NCBI GenBank assembly: GCA_026693065.1
Contig: JAPLNA010000230.1
Span: 2,726-59,624 of the forward strand
Direction of reading: 5' to 3'
Source: Planctomycetota bacterium
GTDB taxonomy: Bacteria > Planctomycetota > Phycisphaerae > SM23-33
Length of the DNA stretch: 56,899 bases
The translations under genes were made by a program, and so were the position numbers. Below the pieces are notes generated by a model that ran no database searches, was not told the origin of the DNA, and worked only from the letters and a program-made list of their open reading frames with translations. Position 1 is the stretch's first letter. Each line of letters starts with the position of its first letter. Below, piece by piece: positions 1 to 9,756 of this stretch.

Positions 1-1
1 C

Positions 2-385
2 TTCGCCTACGCGACGGCCGTCAGCGGGCTGGTGGTTCGCGAACGCCCGGCGGCGATCTTCATGCTGGGCACGTTCTTCGCCGAGAGCCTGTTCCTGGCC
101 GAGACCGGCGCCTCCACCGGCGCGATCCAGATCTCCGGCACCGATTCCTACAGCCAGTTGCCCTTCCTGATCACCACCTGCGACTACACGCTGATCGGGG
201 AGGAGTTGTTCGCGGCCTCGGCGTATCTGTCGCGCGAGCCGAAGATGCTGGGCAGCCTCCGCGGGCAGGACGTCGGCAAGGCGTTCCTGATGGTCACCAT
301 CGTGGTCATCACGGCCGTACTGAGCGTGGCGGCGGCCCGGGGCGTTTCCCTGGACTGGCTCACCAACCTCTTCAAAACGTTCTAG
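2..385 (+). CDS. DUF6754-like membrane-associated protein, 5'-truncated by the window edge
   Basis: Frame is open from base 2. Motif FFAESLFLAETG..GAIQISGT...QLPFLITTCDYTLIGEELFAASAYLS is recognised as DUF6754-type; C-terminal hydrophobic helix. Confidence 0.7.
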   Translation, partial: FAYATAVSGLVVRERPAAIFMLGTFFAESLFLAETGASTGAIQISGTDSYSQLPFLITTCDYTLIGEELFAASAYLSREPKMLGSLRGQDVGKAFLMVTIVVITAVLSVAAARGVSLDWLTNLFKTF

Positions 386-400
386 GACGACGGATTCGAC

Positions 401-1075
401 ATGTGGTACAAGCGAACGATACCCCTGATCCTGGTCTTCGCGATCGGCGTGGCCGCCTTCGTGCAGGAGTTCGTGCCCGCGCCGTGGGCGGGGCGATTCC
501 GGGAGAACATCACCCTCTGGTTCCAGATCATCGGCAGTTTCGCCCTGTTCATCGGGCTCTACAGCCTCCTGCACATGCACTGGACGCGGATCCGCCGCCA
601 GACCCCCGGGTGGGCGTACAGCATCTTCGTATTCCTGGCCGCCGGCGGGATGATCGCCGTCGGGCTTTACAATGAGGGCAAGGGCCCGATCATCGACGTC
701 GCCCAGGGCACGCGAACCTGGCTGGACCGGGGGTACGACTACCTCATCAAGCCCTGCACCGCGACGATCTACTCGAGCATGGCGTTCTTCATGGCCAGCG
801 CGGCTTTCCGCACCTTCCGCGCCCGGAACACGGCGGCCGTGCTGATGCTCGTGGCGGCCCTGGTGGTCATGTTCGGCCGCGTGCCCGTCAGCGAGGTCCT
901 CGGCGGCTGGCTGGGCGATCCGGAAATGTTCTCCCGGATCACCGACGTCCTGATGAAGTACCCCAACCTGGCCGCCAAGCGGGCGATCATGATGGGCATC
1001 AGCCTGGGGGCCATCGCCCAGTCGCTGCGAATCCTCCTGGGCGTCGAACGTTCGTACATGGGGGGAGGTGACTGA
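401..1075 (+). CDS. Uncharacterised multi-pass membrane protein of the DUF6754 operon
   Basis: 224 aa with several hydrophobic segments; motifs FFMASAAFRTFRAR and AAKRAIMMGISLGAIAQSLRILLGVER; stop overlaps the next start (TGATG). Confidence 0.75.
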   Translation: MWYKRTIPLILVFAIGVAAFVQEFVPAPWAGRFRENITLWFQIIGSFALFIGLYSLLHMHWTRIRRQTPGWAYSIFVFLAAGGMIAVGLYNEGKGPIIDVAQGTRTWLDRGYDYLIKPCTATIYSSMAFFMASAAFRTFRARNTAAVLMLVAALVVMFGRVPVSEVLGGWLGDPEMFSRITDVLMKYPNLAAKRAIMMGISLGAIAQSLRILLGVERSYMGGGD

Positions 1076-1908
1076 TGCCCGCCAACGATACCCAAGGCCT
1101 GATCCGCACCCGACGCATCATCTACCTGCTGGTGGCCGCGGCGATCATCGTGCCCTACGTGATCCAGATGCCCATCCCCTCCTTCCACGCACAGGAAGAG
1201 GCTCACAAGGTCTATGACCGCGTCGAGAGCCTTCCCGCCGGGTCGCGCGTGCTGATCGCCATGGAATTCGACCCCAACTGCGAGGCGGAACTGCGCCCCA
1301 TGGCCGAAGGCATCCTCAGGCACTGCTTCGCCAGGAAACTCGTGCCCATTCTGGTCACGACGAACTACATCGCCCCCGCCCTCATCAGCGACATCTGCCA
1401 GAAGATCGCCAAGGAAACCGGAACCGTCTCCGGCAAGGACTGGGTCTTCCTGGGATACCGCCCCGGCATGGCCAACGTCGTGATCACCATGGGCGAGAGC
1501 ATTCAGAGGACCTTCGAAACCGACAACTTCAGCCAGACCACCCGGGACATGCCCGCCCTGGCCGGGGTGAATTCGCTCAAGGACGTGTCCCTCATAACGG
1601 TCATCTCCCTGGGCGACACGGTGAACATGTGGATCCAGTACGGCTCGGACAGGCTCAAGGTTCCCCTGGTCGCCGGCGTAACGGCGGTGATGGCGCCGGA
1701 CCTCTACCCGTACCTCAATACGGGGCAGGTCAAGGGCATCCTGGCCGGGCTGCGAGGCGCAGCCGATTACGAACTCCTCCTCCACCGCTCCGACGACGCC
1801 GCCAAGGGCATGCAAGTCCAGTCCGTCGCCCACGGGCTGCTCATCGCCCTGATCATCGGCGCCAACGTCCGTTTCCTCTTCCGCCGGGCCCAAGGAAAGG
1901 AGGCCTGA
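1075..1908 (+). CDS. Uncharacterised protein with N- and C-terminal anchors around a soluble alpha/beta domain (DUF6754 operon)
   Basis: 277 aa; translationally coupled to the previous gene; motifs GKDWVFLGYRPG and LYPYLNTGQVKGILAGLRGAADYE. Confidence 0.75.
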   Translation: MPANDTQGLIRTRRIIYLLVAAAIIVPYVIQMPIPSFHAQEEAHKVYDRVESLPAGSRVLIAMEFDPNCEAELRPMAEGILRHCFARKLVPILVTTNYIAPALISDICQKIAKETGTVSGKDWVFLGYRPGMANVVITMGESIQRTFETDNFSQTTRDMPALAGVNSLKDVSLITVISLGDTVNMWIQYGSDRLKVPLVAGVTAVMAPDLYPYLNTGQVKGILAGLRGAADYELLLHRSDDAAKGMQVQSVAHGLLIALIIGANVRFLFRRAQGKEA

Positions 1909-1912
1909 CCTC

Positions 1913-2725
1913 ATGGAACCCCAGGCCCAAACCACCGAGAGCCCCATGCGACGCACCGTCGAAGCGGCCGTCATGATCGCCCTGGGGACGGCCTTTGTCG
2001 TCGCCAGCATTCTCTGCCAGAAGGACAGCCTGTTCGGCAAGAACGCCAACGACCGGATCGAGGCCGTCGGTATCATCATCGCCGCCGCCCTCACGCTGAT
2101 CATGTACAGCTTCCTCTACCGCGACAACCCGCTTTTCAAGATCGCCGAGAATGTCTACATCGGCGCCCAACTGGGCTATGGCGCCATCAACACCTGGCGG
2201 CTGGCCCTGCGACCCCAGATCTACAACCCCCTGGCCCTGGCCCCGTCGAATCAGGCCCTCTGGGACGCCCTGGTCTTCCGCTCCGTCCCGATCCTGCTGG
2301 GCGTCCTGCTCCTGACCCGCCTGTCCCGCAAACACGGGTGGCTCAGCCGCTACTCCTACTCCATGATGGTCGGCTGGGGCGCGGGCATGACCATCCTGGT
2401 GATGACGGACACCAACATCCTCCAGCAACTCCAGGCCGCCGCCAAGCCCATCCAGGCCGGCGTCACCGCCGATGCCGGCTGGTGGGCCAACGCCGGCGCC
2501 GTCACCGGCGCCCTGACCGTCCTGGTCGGGACCGTCTGCGTCCTGTTCTACTTCTTCTTCTCCATCCCCCACGGCCCGGTCGGACAGAGGGTCTCCAAGA
2601 CCGGCATCTGGTTCCTCATGCTCTCCTTCGGCGCGTCCTTCGGCTACACGGCCATGGCCCGCATCTCGCTCGTCATCGGGCGAATGCGGTTCCTCCTGTT
2701 CGAGTGGCTGAAGATCCCGCAGTAA
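1913..2725 (+). CDS. Uncharacterised multi-pass membrane protein of the DUF6754 operon
   Basis: 270 aa; AGGAGG RBS upstream; motifs YSFLYRDNPLFKIAENVYIG and GIWFLMLSFGASFGYTAMARISL. Confidence 0.75.
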   Translation: MEPQAQTTESPMRRTVEAAVMIALGTAFVVASILCQKDSLFGKNANDRIEAVGIIIAAALTLIMYSFLYRDNPLFKIAENVYIGAQLGYGAINTWRLALRPQIYNPLALAPSNQALWDALVFRSVPILLGVLLLTRLSRKHGWLSRYSYSMMVGWGAGMTILVMTDTNILQQLQAAAKPIQAGVTADAGWWANAGAVTGALTVLVGTVCVLFYFFFSIPHGPVGQRVSKTGIWFLMLSFGASFGYTAMARISLVIGRMRFLLFEWLKIPQ

Positions 2726-2734
2726 CTCCCCGCC

Positions 2735-3689
2735 TCAGGCCGGGCAGCTCCGCAGGTACTTCAGCAGGTCGTCCAGGTTGCACGTGGCCACGCCGACGTG
2801 CTGGTCCGCCCCGCCGTAGTAGACGAACAGCGTCCCGTCGATCACGACCGCCCCGCAGGGGAACACCACGCCGTTGTAGTACCCCTTCGTCTCGAAAGGC
2901 TCTTCCGGCTGGAGCAGCCAGTCGACCGATCGGTGGAGCACCTTCGAGGGGTCGTTCAGGTCCATCAGGATCGCCCCGACGCGGTAGTGCCAATCCGGGC
3001 CCACCCCGTGGTGCAGCATCAGCCACCCGTGCGGGGTCTTGATCGGCGGGGTGTTGGCCCCGACCTTGTTGACTTCCCACTCGTACCGCCCCGTCAGCAG
3101 CAGCTTGCTGTCGCGGCAGTCCAGCATGTCGTCCCCGCGGGCGATCCAGATCGACGGTTTCTCGCACGGATACCCAGGCCCGGCCCACTGCATCGGCCGC
3201 TGGATCATCACCCACTTGCCGTCGATGGGCTCGGGGAACAGGATCACATCGCGGTCGTCGACGAGGGGGCTGGTCATACGCCCGGCCCGGAACCAGGTGC
3301 GGAAGTCTTTCGTCAGGGCCAGGCCGGTGGCGGTGCCCCGACAGCCAGTACTGGCCCGGCGGGAACGCGCGGCAGGCGTAGGTGACGAAGTACCACTCGC
3401 CGATCTTGATGATCCGCGGGTCCTCGATGCACCCGCCGTCGAACCCGTCGGCGCTCGGGCTGAAGACCGGCTTGTCGGAGGTTCGCGTGAAATGATACCC
3501 GTCCTTGCTGACGGCCAGGCCCAGGTGAACGCGGTGGGCGTCGTCCAGCCCGGCGGCGCGGTAGAGCATCAGCACCTGTTGGGTCTTCTCGTCGTACCAC
3601 GCGCCGGGGTTGGTCGCGACGGCGGCCTCCCAGGCATTGGCCCCGTTGGGGGACAGAATCGGATTGCCTTTGAATCGCTGCAGTTTCAC
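2735..3689 (-). pseudogene. GH130-like glycoside phosphorylase/glycosidase, split by a frameshift near 3340
   Basis: The N-terminal half (NPILSP, GCIEDPRI) and the C-terminal half (DDRDVILFPE, VVFPCGAVV, YYGGAD) lie in different frames; the junction follows PGQYWL. Confidence 0.8.
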
Positions 3690-3720
3690 GCGAGTCTCCT
3701 TGTGGGGCGGCCGAGGCGTC

Positions 3721-4625
3721 TTAGCCCTTCACCGCGCCGACCGTAATGCCTTTTACCAGGTGCTTCTGAAGCAGCACGTACACCGCCAGCGTCGGGGCCA
3801 TCATGAGCACGAGGCCCGCGAAGCCCATCCCGTAGTCGGTGCGGTACTGGCTGACAATCGTAATCTTGGCCAGGCCCAGCGGCAAGGTGCGGAGGGCGTC
3901 GCTGTCGGGGCCCGAGAGGAACATGAAGGCCATCAGGAACTCGTTCCACGTGCCCAGGAACGTGAAGATGCCCACGGTGATCAGCCCCGACCGGGCCAGG
4001 GGGAGCATGACGCGCCAGAACGCGCCCCACTCGCCCGCCCCGTCCAGCAGGGCCGCCTCGTGCAGGCTCGCGGGCAGGGTCTTGAAGAACCCCGTCAGCA
4101 CGAAGATGGAAAACGGCATGCCGAAGGCCACGTACACCACCAGCAGCCCCAGCCGCGAGTCCAGCAGGCCCAGCGACTTCATCTCGAAGAACAGCGGCAC
4201 GATCGCCAGTTGCAGGGGCACCATCAGCCCGGCCAGGAAGTAGAAGAACACCGGGCGAACGCCGCGGAAGCGGAAGCGGGAGATCGCGTAGGCCGCCATC
4301 GCCGACAGAAGGACGGTCATCGCGACGGTCCCGACCGTCAGGAGCATTGCAGATCGCCCCACGCCGGCAGCCAAAGCGGGTGCGCGTAGAAGTCCTGCGA
4401 CGTCCTGAGCGACGTGCACAGCAGCCAGAACATCGGGTAGACCACCACGCCCACGCCGATGGCCAGGATGGGGTAGAGGGCGGCCCGGCACATGAAAACG
4501 AACGCCCTCGCCACGACCAGGGCATACGGGCGCGCTTTCCCGAACAGGAAGACCGCCACCCTCGCCAGCAGCAGAAGCCAGGATGCCTTGCGGAGCCCAG
4601 ATCGGTTTTGGGCGCTGTCGTTCAT
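3721..4625 (-). pseudogene. Carbohydrate ABC transporter permease (MalG-like), split near 4345
   Basis: EAA motif LPASLHEAALLDGAGEWGAFWRVMLPL is in the 3' frame; the N-terminal part YPMFWLLCTSLRT..PLWLP is in another frame. Confidence 0.8.
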
Positions 4626-5477
4626 CTAGAGCTCCACCCGCTCGCGGCGCATCAGGCGCAGCGTGACGGCCGTGCCGAAGAACACCATCAGGAACAGCAG
4701 CACGGCGATGGCGCTGGCCTCGCCGACGTTGAACTCGTTGAACATGGAGTAGACCATCTTCGTGCCGATGACGTGGGTGGCCGTCGTGGGCTGTTGCTCC
4801 GTCAGCAGCCAGATGAGCTCGAAGGCCTTCATTCCGCCGATGACCAGGAAGACGGTCGCGATGGCGATGACCTCCTGGAGAAGCGGCAGGGTGATGTTGC
4901 GGAACTGTCGCCAGGGGGAGGCCCCGTCGATATCGGCGGCCTCGTACAGCTCGCGGGGGATGCCCTGCATCGCCGCCAGGAACAGCACCATGTAGAACCC
5001 GCACGCCCCCCACACGGAAATGGGCACCATCGCCCAGTACAGGTGGTCGGGCGACAGCCAGGCGAATTCCTGGAACGACACCAGCCAAAGGCCCATTCTC
5101 GTGAGCCCCCAGTGCGTGGCGACGTCGCCGGCCCAGGTCAGGAAGCCGTTGATCATGCCGGCCTTCGGGTTGTACAGGTGCATCCAGAGCAGCGTCGCGG
5201 TCACCCCGCCCAAGAGGTTGGGGAAGAAGAACACCACGCGGAAGAAGCCCGCCCCCCGCACCCCCCGGCTGATGCACCCGGCCAGGAACAGCGAAAGGGG
5301 CAGGACGAACATCGGGATCACCAGCATGATGAACAGGTTGTTCGTGAGGGCCACCCAGAACCCGTCGCTCTCGAAGAGCAGCCGCTGGAAGTGGACCAGC
5401 CCGACGGGGATCATCTTCGTCAGCCCGTCCCACCGCTGGGTGCTCCAGCCGAAGGACTGGGCGCTGGGAGCGATCAC
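4626..5477 (-). CDS. Carbohydrate ABC transporter permease (MalF-like), N-terminus apparently missing
   Basis: EAA motif IPRELYEAADIDGASPWRQFRNITLPLL; the ORF begins mid-way through the first TM segment (FVIAPSAQSF). Confidence 0.8.
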   Translation of the reverse strand: MIAPSAQSFGWSTQRWDGLTKMIPVGLVHFQRLLFESDGFWVALTNNLFIMLVIPMFVLPLSLFLAGCISRGVRGAGFFRVVFFFPNLLGGVTATLLWMHLYNPKAGMINGFLTWAGDVATHWGLTRMGLWLVSFQEFAWLSPDHLYWAMVPISVWGACGFYMVLFLAAMQGIPRELYEAADIDGASPWRQFRNITLPLLQEVIAIATVFLVIGGMKAFELIWLLTEQQPTTATHVIGTKMVYSMFNEFNVGEASAIAVLLFLMVFFGTAVTLRLMRRERVEL

Positions 5478-5694
5478 GAACGGCCGCCTGGGATGGTACG
5501 GTGCTACGCCGGTTACCTTAGGACAACGACCGTTTCTGGCTTTGGTAGTTGATCTCGAGGGCGCCGGAAAATCCGGGCAATTGGCCGACGTTCAGTGCGT
5601 ATTCGGCCGCTCCCAGATGCGCGTGGAATCGTTGTTGGGCTATCTCGATTTTGCCTATCCCAGCCGTTGGGTTATCCCTTTCAACCGGACCGAG

Positions 5695-7011
5695 TTAGAT
5701 CCTTGGTGGGGAGCATGGCAACCGTTCGTGTTTGCCATGGCTTCGCACGGACGCCGCCGCCCGCTCCATCATTTCGGCGGCGTCGTCGGGAGTGATCCGC
5801 TCCTCGTTGATGATCAGTTTGGTGATCATGTCCGCCCAGTGCTGGTCCATCTCGGGTCGGAGGGGCAAGTACGAATAAATGCTCTTGGCCTGCTTGCCCA
5901 TCGCCACCAGGCCGTCCAGGTCGCTCGAGAGGTTGCCCTCGGAGGCCCCGCGAATCGCCGCGGGCTGGTCTCGCTGGCGGCAGAACTCGGCGGCCATCTT
6001 CCGCGACGTCATGAACCGCAGAAAGTCCGCCGCTTCCCTCGGGTGGCGGCTGTGCTTCATCACCCAGAAGTACCCGTTCCAGGCATTGACCGCCGTCGGA
6101 TCGCCCTTGCCCCCCGGCACGACCGGCAGGTTGAACGTCCCCAGGCGGAACCCGGGCGGGATATTGCCCTTCATCTCGCTCTTGAGCCACGACGCGCAGA
6201 CGATCATCGCCGCCTGGCCCTGGAAGAACTGCATCTGGGCCTCGGTGTGGCTCATCCCCGACGAGCCCTTCTGGAAGTAGTTCACCGCCAGCCGCTGCGT
6301 CAGGGCCGCCGCCTCGCGGAACTCCGGGTTGTCGAAGCTCCCCTGGCGAACGTCGAGCATCGCCATGAACCGCTCCGCCCCCGCCAGGTGGTAATACGCC
6401 GACTGCAGCAGGCTGTTGGCGTAGGTGGGGTATCGCCCCATGAAGGCGATCGGGGCGATGCCGGCGGCCTTGACCTGCTCGCACAGGGCGTACAACTCAT
6501 CCCACGTCCGCGCGGGCTTCCACCCGTGCTTCTCGAACATCGCCTTGTTGTACCAGATCCCCCACACCCAGTACGTCAGCGGCACGCCGTATACCTTGCC
6601 CCCGTCGGTGTACTGGTCCAGCGCCCCGGCCATGAACGAACTCCGCCACGTGCGGTCCTCGTCCCAGGCCGGTGCGTCCAGGAATTCGTCCATCGGCTGG
6701 ACGAAACCCCCGCGAATGAGGTTCCAACTGGCCGACCCGTCCGGGATGTTCGTGATCTCCGGGTACGTGCCCTCCAAGATGCGGATCCGGACCTTGTCGG
6801 GCATCCGCGGATCGCCCGAGAGGTTCACCTTCACGTTGGGCCTGAGCTTCTCGTACTCCCGGGCGCACTGGAGATAAAACTCCATCCCCTCGCCGCCGGC
6901 AAAGAGGAGCACCTCGATCTCCACGGGTTTGTCCGCCTCGCCGCACCACGCCGCCGCCGGCGCCGACAGCAAGGCCGCCAACCCTGTCAGTACGCACATC
7001 AGTCTGGACAT
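5695..7011 (-). CDS. ABC transporter extracellular sugar-binding protein
   Basis: Signal peptide MSRLMCVLTGLAALLSAPAAA; SBP family 1 motifs YGVPLTYWVWGIWYNKAMFEKHGW and F.QGQAAM; lies upstream of two permeases. Confidence 0.88.
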   Translation of the reverse strand: MSRLMCVLTGLAALLSAPAAAWCGEADKPVEIEVLLFAGGEGMEFYLQCAREYEKLRPNVKVNLSGDPRMPDKVRIRILEGTYPEITNIPDGSASWNLIRGGFVQPMDEFLDAPAWDEDRTWRSSFMAGALDQYTDGGKVYGVPLTYWVWGIWYNKAMFEKHGWKPARTWDELYALCEQVKAAGIAPIAFMGRYPTYANSLLQSAYYHLAGAERFMAMLDVRQGSFDNPEFREAAALTQRLAVNYFQKGSSGMSHTEAQMQFFQGQAAMIVCASWLKSEMKGNIPPGFRLGTFNLPVVPGGKGDPTAVNAWNGYFWVMKHSRHPREAADFLRFMTSRKMAAEFCRQRDQPAAIRGASEGNLSSDLDGLVAMGKQAKSIYSYLPLRPEMDQHWADMITKLIINEERITPDDAAEMMERAAASVRSHGKHERLPCSPPRI

Positions 7012-7082
7012 AATCGGCACTGTTGTCCCGTTCCGGGGGTGTGTTGTCAACGGGCAAATGCCCGGCCCGGGGGCTTTTCTTC

Positions 7083-7111
7083 TTGAGCCTCGCGGGCCCC
7101 CCGTGAATAAT
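7083..7111 (+). promoter_or_regulatory. Putative sigma70-like promoter for the GH130 gene
   Basis: TTGAGC-N17-AATAAT in the divergent intergenic gap, about 40 nt before ATG 7151. Confidence 0.4.
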
Positions 7112-7150
7112 GTCCGGCCACGAGCCAACCCGCTCAGGAGACACCACCCG

Positions 7151-8164
7151 ATGCGACTGAAGAAATGGAACGGCAACCCGATCCTCCTGCCCAAACCCGA
7201 CAGCTACTGGGAACGCCAGGGCGTGCTCAACCCCGCCGCCATCTACGATAACGGCAAGGTCTCGCTGCTCTACCGCGCCTCCGGCGAGAGCGAAGACCTC
7301 CGCATCTACATCGGCCTGGCCGAAAGCCGCGACGGGTTCCACTTCGAACGCGTCGGCACGGAGCCCGTCCTGCCGCCCTCCGAAGACGGCTTCGACGCCG
7401 GCTGCGTCGAGGACCCCCGCGTGGTGAAGATGGGCGACACGTACTACATGGCCTACGCCGCCCGCGCCCATCCGCCGTGCGCCCACTGGGCCGGGCGGAA
7501 ACGCAAAAACCTCCCCGCCCAGACCGGCACGTGGGTGGAGAACTGGACGCGATCCGGCATCGCCACCAGCAAGGACCTGCGTAACTGGACCCGCCTGGGC
7601 CCCTGCACCAGCGACGAGATCGACAACCGCGACGTGATCCTCTTCCCCGAGAAGATCGGCGGGCGCTACGTCATGCTCCACCGCCCCATCGACCGCCGCA
7701 ATCCCGTCAAGTACCCCCAGTACGAATCCACAGCCATCTGGCTGTCGACGTCCGAGGACCTGAAGACCTGGACGGGGGAGACCGCCATCGCCCGCCCCGA
7801 GCTGCCCTGGGAAGGCGGCTGGATGGGCGGCGGCTGCCCCCCCATCCGCACGCCCGAAGGCTGGCTGACGATCTACCACGCCGTGGCCAACCTCGACGGC
7901 AAGGGCAACGCCTACCGCGCCGGGGCCATGCTGCTGGACCTGGAAGACCCCCGCAAGATCCTGGCCCGCCCGGACGACTTCTTCCTCGAGCCGGCCGCCC
8001 CCTTCGAGCTCGAAGGCGCCACCGGCCGGGTAACCTTCCCCTGCGGCGCGGTCGTCATCGGCAAAGAGCTCTTCGTCTACTACGGCGCCGCCGACTCCGT
8101 CTGCTGCGTCGCCACCGCCAACCTGGCCGAACTGATGGCCTGGCTCCTCTCCTTCCGCAAGTAA
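7151..8164 (+). CDS. GH130-like glycoside phosphorylase/glycosidase (intact)
   Basis: AGGAG RBS; motifs NPILLP, VLNPAA, GCVEDPRV, DNRDVILFPEKIGGRYVMLHRP, VTFPCGAVV, YYGAAD. Confidence 0.88.
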   Translation: MRLKKWNGNPILLPKPDSYWERQGVLNPAAIYDNGKVSLLYRASGESEDLRIYIGLAESRDGFHFERVGTEPVLPPSEDGFDAGCVEDPRVVKMGDTYYMAYAARAHPPCAHWAGRKRKNLPAQTGTWVENWTRSGIATSKDLRNWTRLGPCTSDEIDNRDVILFPEKIGGRYVMLHRPIDRRNPVKYPQYESTAIWLSTSEDLKTWTGETAIARPELPWEGGWMGGGCPPIRTPEGWLTIYHAVANLDGKGNAYRAGAMLLDLEDPRKILARPDDFFLEPAAPFELEGATGRVTFPCGAVVIGKELFVYYGAADSVCCVATANLAELMAWLLSFRK

Positions 8165-8172
8165 GCGGGAAA

Positions 8173-8256
8173 GGAACTGGGAACTGGGAACTGGGAACTG
8201 AGATCTGAAATCCAAAATCTGAGATCTGAGATCTGAGAACCCGGAATCGGGAATCG
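8173..8256 (+). repeat. Array of 12 in-register heptamers
   Basis: GGAACTG x4, AGATCTG, AAATCCA, AAATCTG, AGATCTG x2, AGAACCC, GGAATCG x2; starts just after the GH130 stop. Confidence 0.9.
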
Positions 8257-8358
8257 CGAACGAACCGCATCTGTCGGACTGCTCGCTTCAGCGAGGCAGT
8301 TCCCCGTCGTATCGACCCCCGCGGAGCGACACGTAGAAGATAGGGAAACGTTTTGTCG

Positions 8359-9384
8359 ATGTCCGGAACCGCGATAGAATCATCGAAACGGCCCACGATG
8401 GTCGTGGTCGCAAGGCCATCTGGGAGACCCTTGCTAAAGGGCGGGATCTTTCGCGAAAGGCGGTGGCATACGCCCTCGGCTAGAGACCTGCTCGAACGCG
8501 GACGGCTTTCGGAGCAGCCAATGGGAGTTAGCGTCTGGAGCGACCATGAGTTGCCCGCCGCGTTGGCGTGGGGCATGTCCAGCGATGACCCCAAAGTGTG
8601 GTGGGACGCCTACCGGTCTCTTGTGGCACTGGAGGTGGAATGCCCCGCGGGATATACGCCGTCGTGGCGAACGTCACTGGATGAGGCCGAAACGATCTGT
8701 AGAGCGGTATTCCGCAAACCGACAACCCTCAAGAGCCCGTATGCCGATTCGCCCTTTGGATCCGTAGACCTTTGGCCCCACCGTTTCATCTTTCTCACGG
8801 CCATGCCTTATGGGTCGGAACTGGCGTATCGTCTTCGAAAAGACGTCGCCGCCCTCGCCGAAGGCCCCCATGATGAGAAACTCCGTGTCCTGGCCATCAA
8901 TACCTTAGATGGCCTGGGCTGGAGGGGGCGAGACTGTCTTCCGGCGCTCCAGAAGGCCGCCGCCGATACGAACGGGTGGGTGGCTTCACAAGCAAAGGAT
9001 GCGATCCGTAACATTACGGCTTCGAAGCCATCGCCCTCGACGGACGCAGAGGAAGGCCCGCTCGAACTGCTCGACCGGCACCTGGGCAATCTCAACGGCA
9101 ATGAAAAGGAGCAGTTCTTGCGTGCGATCGGCAAGCAGGGCGTCCTCCAGACCGTCAGAGACCTGCAATACCCGAGTATCGTATGGTATGCCTATGTTGG
9201 CGCGTGCGGCCCCTATCACACCCCCCAGGGCCCCATGACCGACGCTGAATACCTTAAGTACGTCGAACAAACCTGCAGGATCACGGAAAGGCTCCGCGGG
9301 ATAGCAGGCAACACGAGCCCCGTCATCCAGGCCAAGCCCGAGAGCAGGCCCCGGCCGCAGAACTCGCCCGTCCCCTCGCCATAA
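8359..9384 (+). CDS. Hypothetical protein with a HEAT-like repeat; start uncertain
   Basis: Long ORF in visibly lower-GC DNA; LRVLAINTLDGLG..CLPALQKAAADTNGWVASQAKDAIRNI resembles a HEAT repeat. Confidence 0.55.
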   Translation: MSGTAIESSKRPTMVVVARPSGRPLLKGGIFRERRWHTPSARDLLERGRLSEQPMGVSVWSDHELPAALAWGMSSDDPKVWWDAYRSLVALEVECPAGYTPSWRTSLDEAETICRAVFRKPTTLKSPYADSPFGSVDLWPHRFIFLTAMPYGSELAYRLRKDVAALAEGPHDEKLRVLAINTLDGLGWRGRDCLPALQKAAADTNGWVASQAKDAIRNITASKPSPSTDAEEGPLELLDRHLGNLNGNEKEQFLRAIGKQGVLQTVRDLQYPSIVWYAYVGACGPYHTPQGPMTDAEYLKYVEQTCRITERLRGIAGNTSPVIQAKPESRPRPQNSPVPSP

Positions 9385-9526
9385 CCCCGCCGGTGAAAGC
9401 GGCAACCCAGCAAAGGGATCGGGGGAGGATCGTGGGACGCAAGACTTGACTCGGGCTTCTGGCGGGGGGATTCGCTACTAGGGTCCGGTCGTCCAACTAC
9501 CTCCCCACATTTCCCCCGGAATCCCC

Positions 9527-9555
9527 TTGACTGGACACCTGGTAGTTCGTATACT
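9527..9555 (+). promoter_or_regulatory. Near-consensus sigma70 promoter with no adjacent CDS
   Basis: TTGACT (9527-9532), 17-nt spacer, TATACT (9550-9555). Confidence 0.6.
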
Positions 9556-9756
9556 GTTAGGGTGACAGCCGGCGTCTCGCTGAGGATGCGCCGGGGGTTT
9601 TTGGCCCAGAGCGCCCAGGCGGCGGGATTGGGCGGAAGGAACGGACGGTCGGGGGCCGGAGAGGAATTGCTGCGCCGAAGGCGGACCGATTTTCAATTGA
9701 AGAGAGAGCAGGCGTGCCGACGGAATTGCTTGTCAATTTCCCGCCTTCGGCGGGCC

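Noticed and set aside
9446-9480. Second TTGACT as a promoter
   Set aside because: No -10 hexamer at 16-18 nt spacing.
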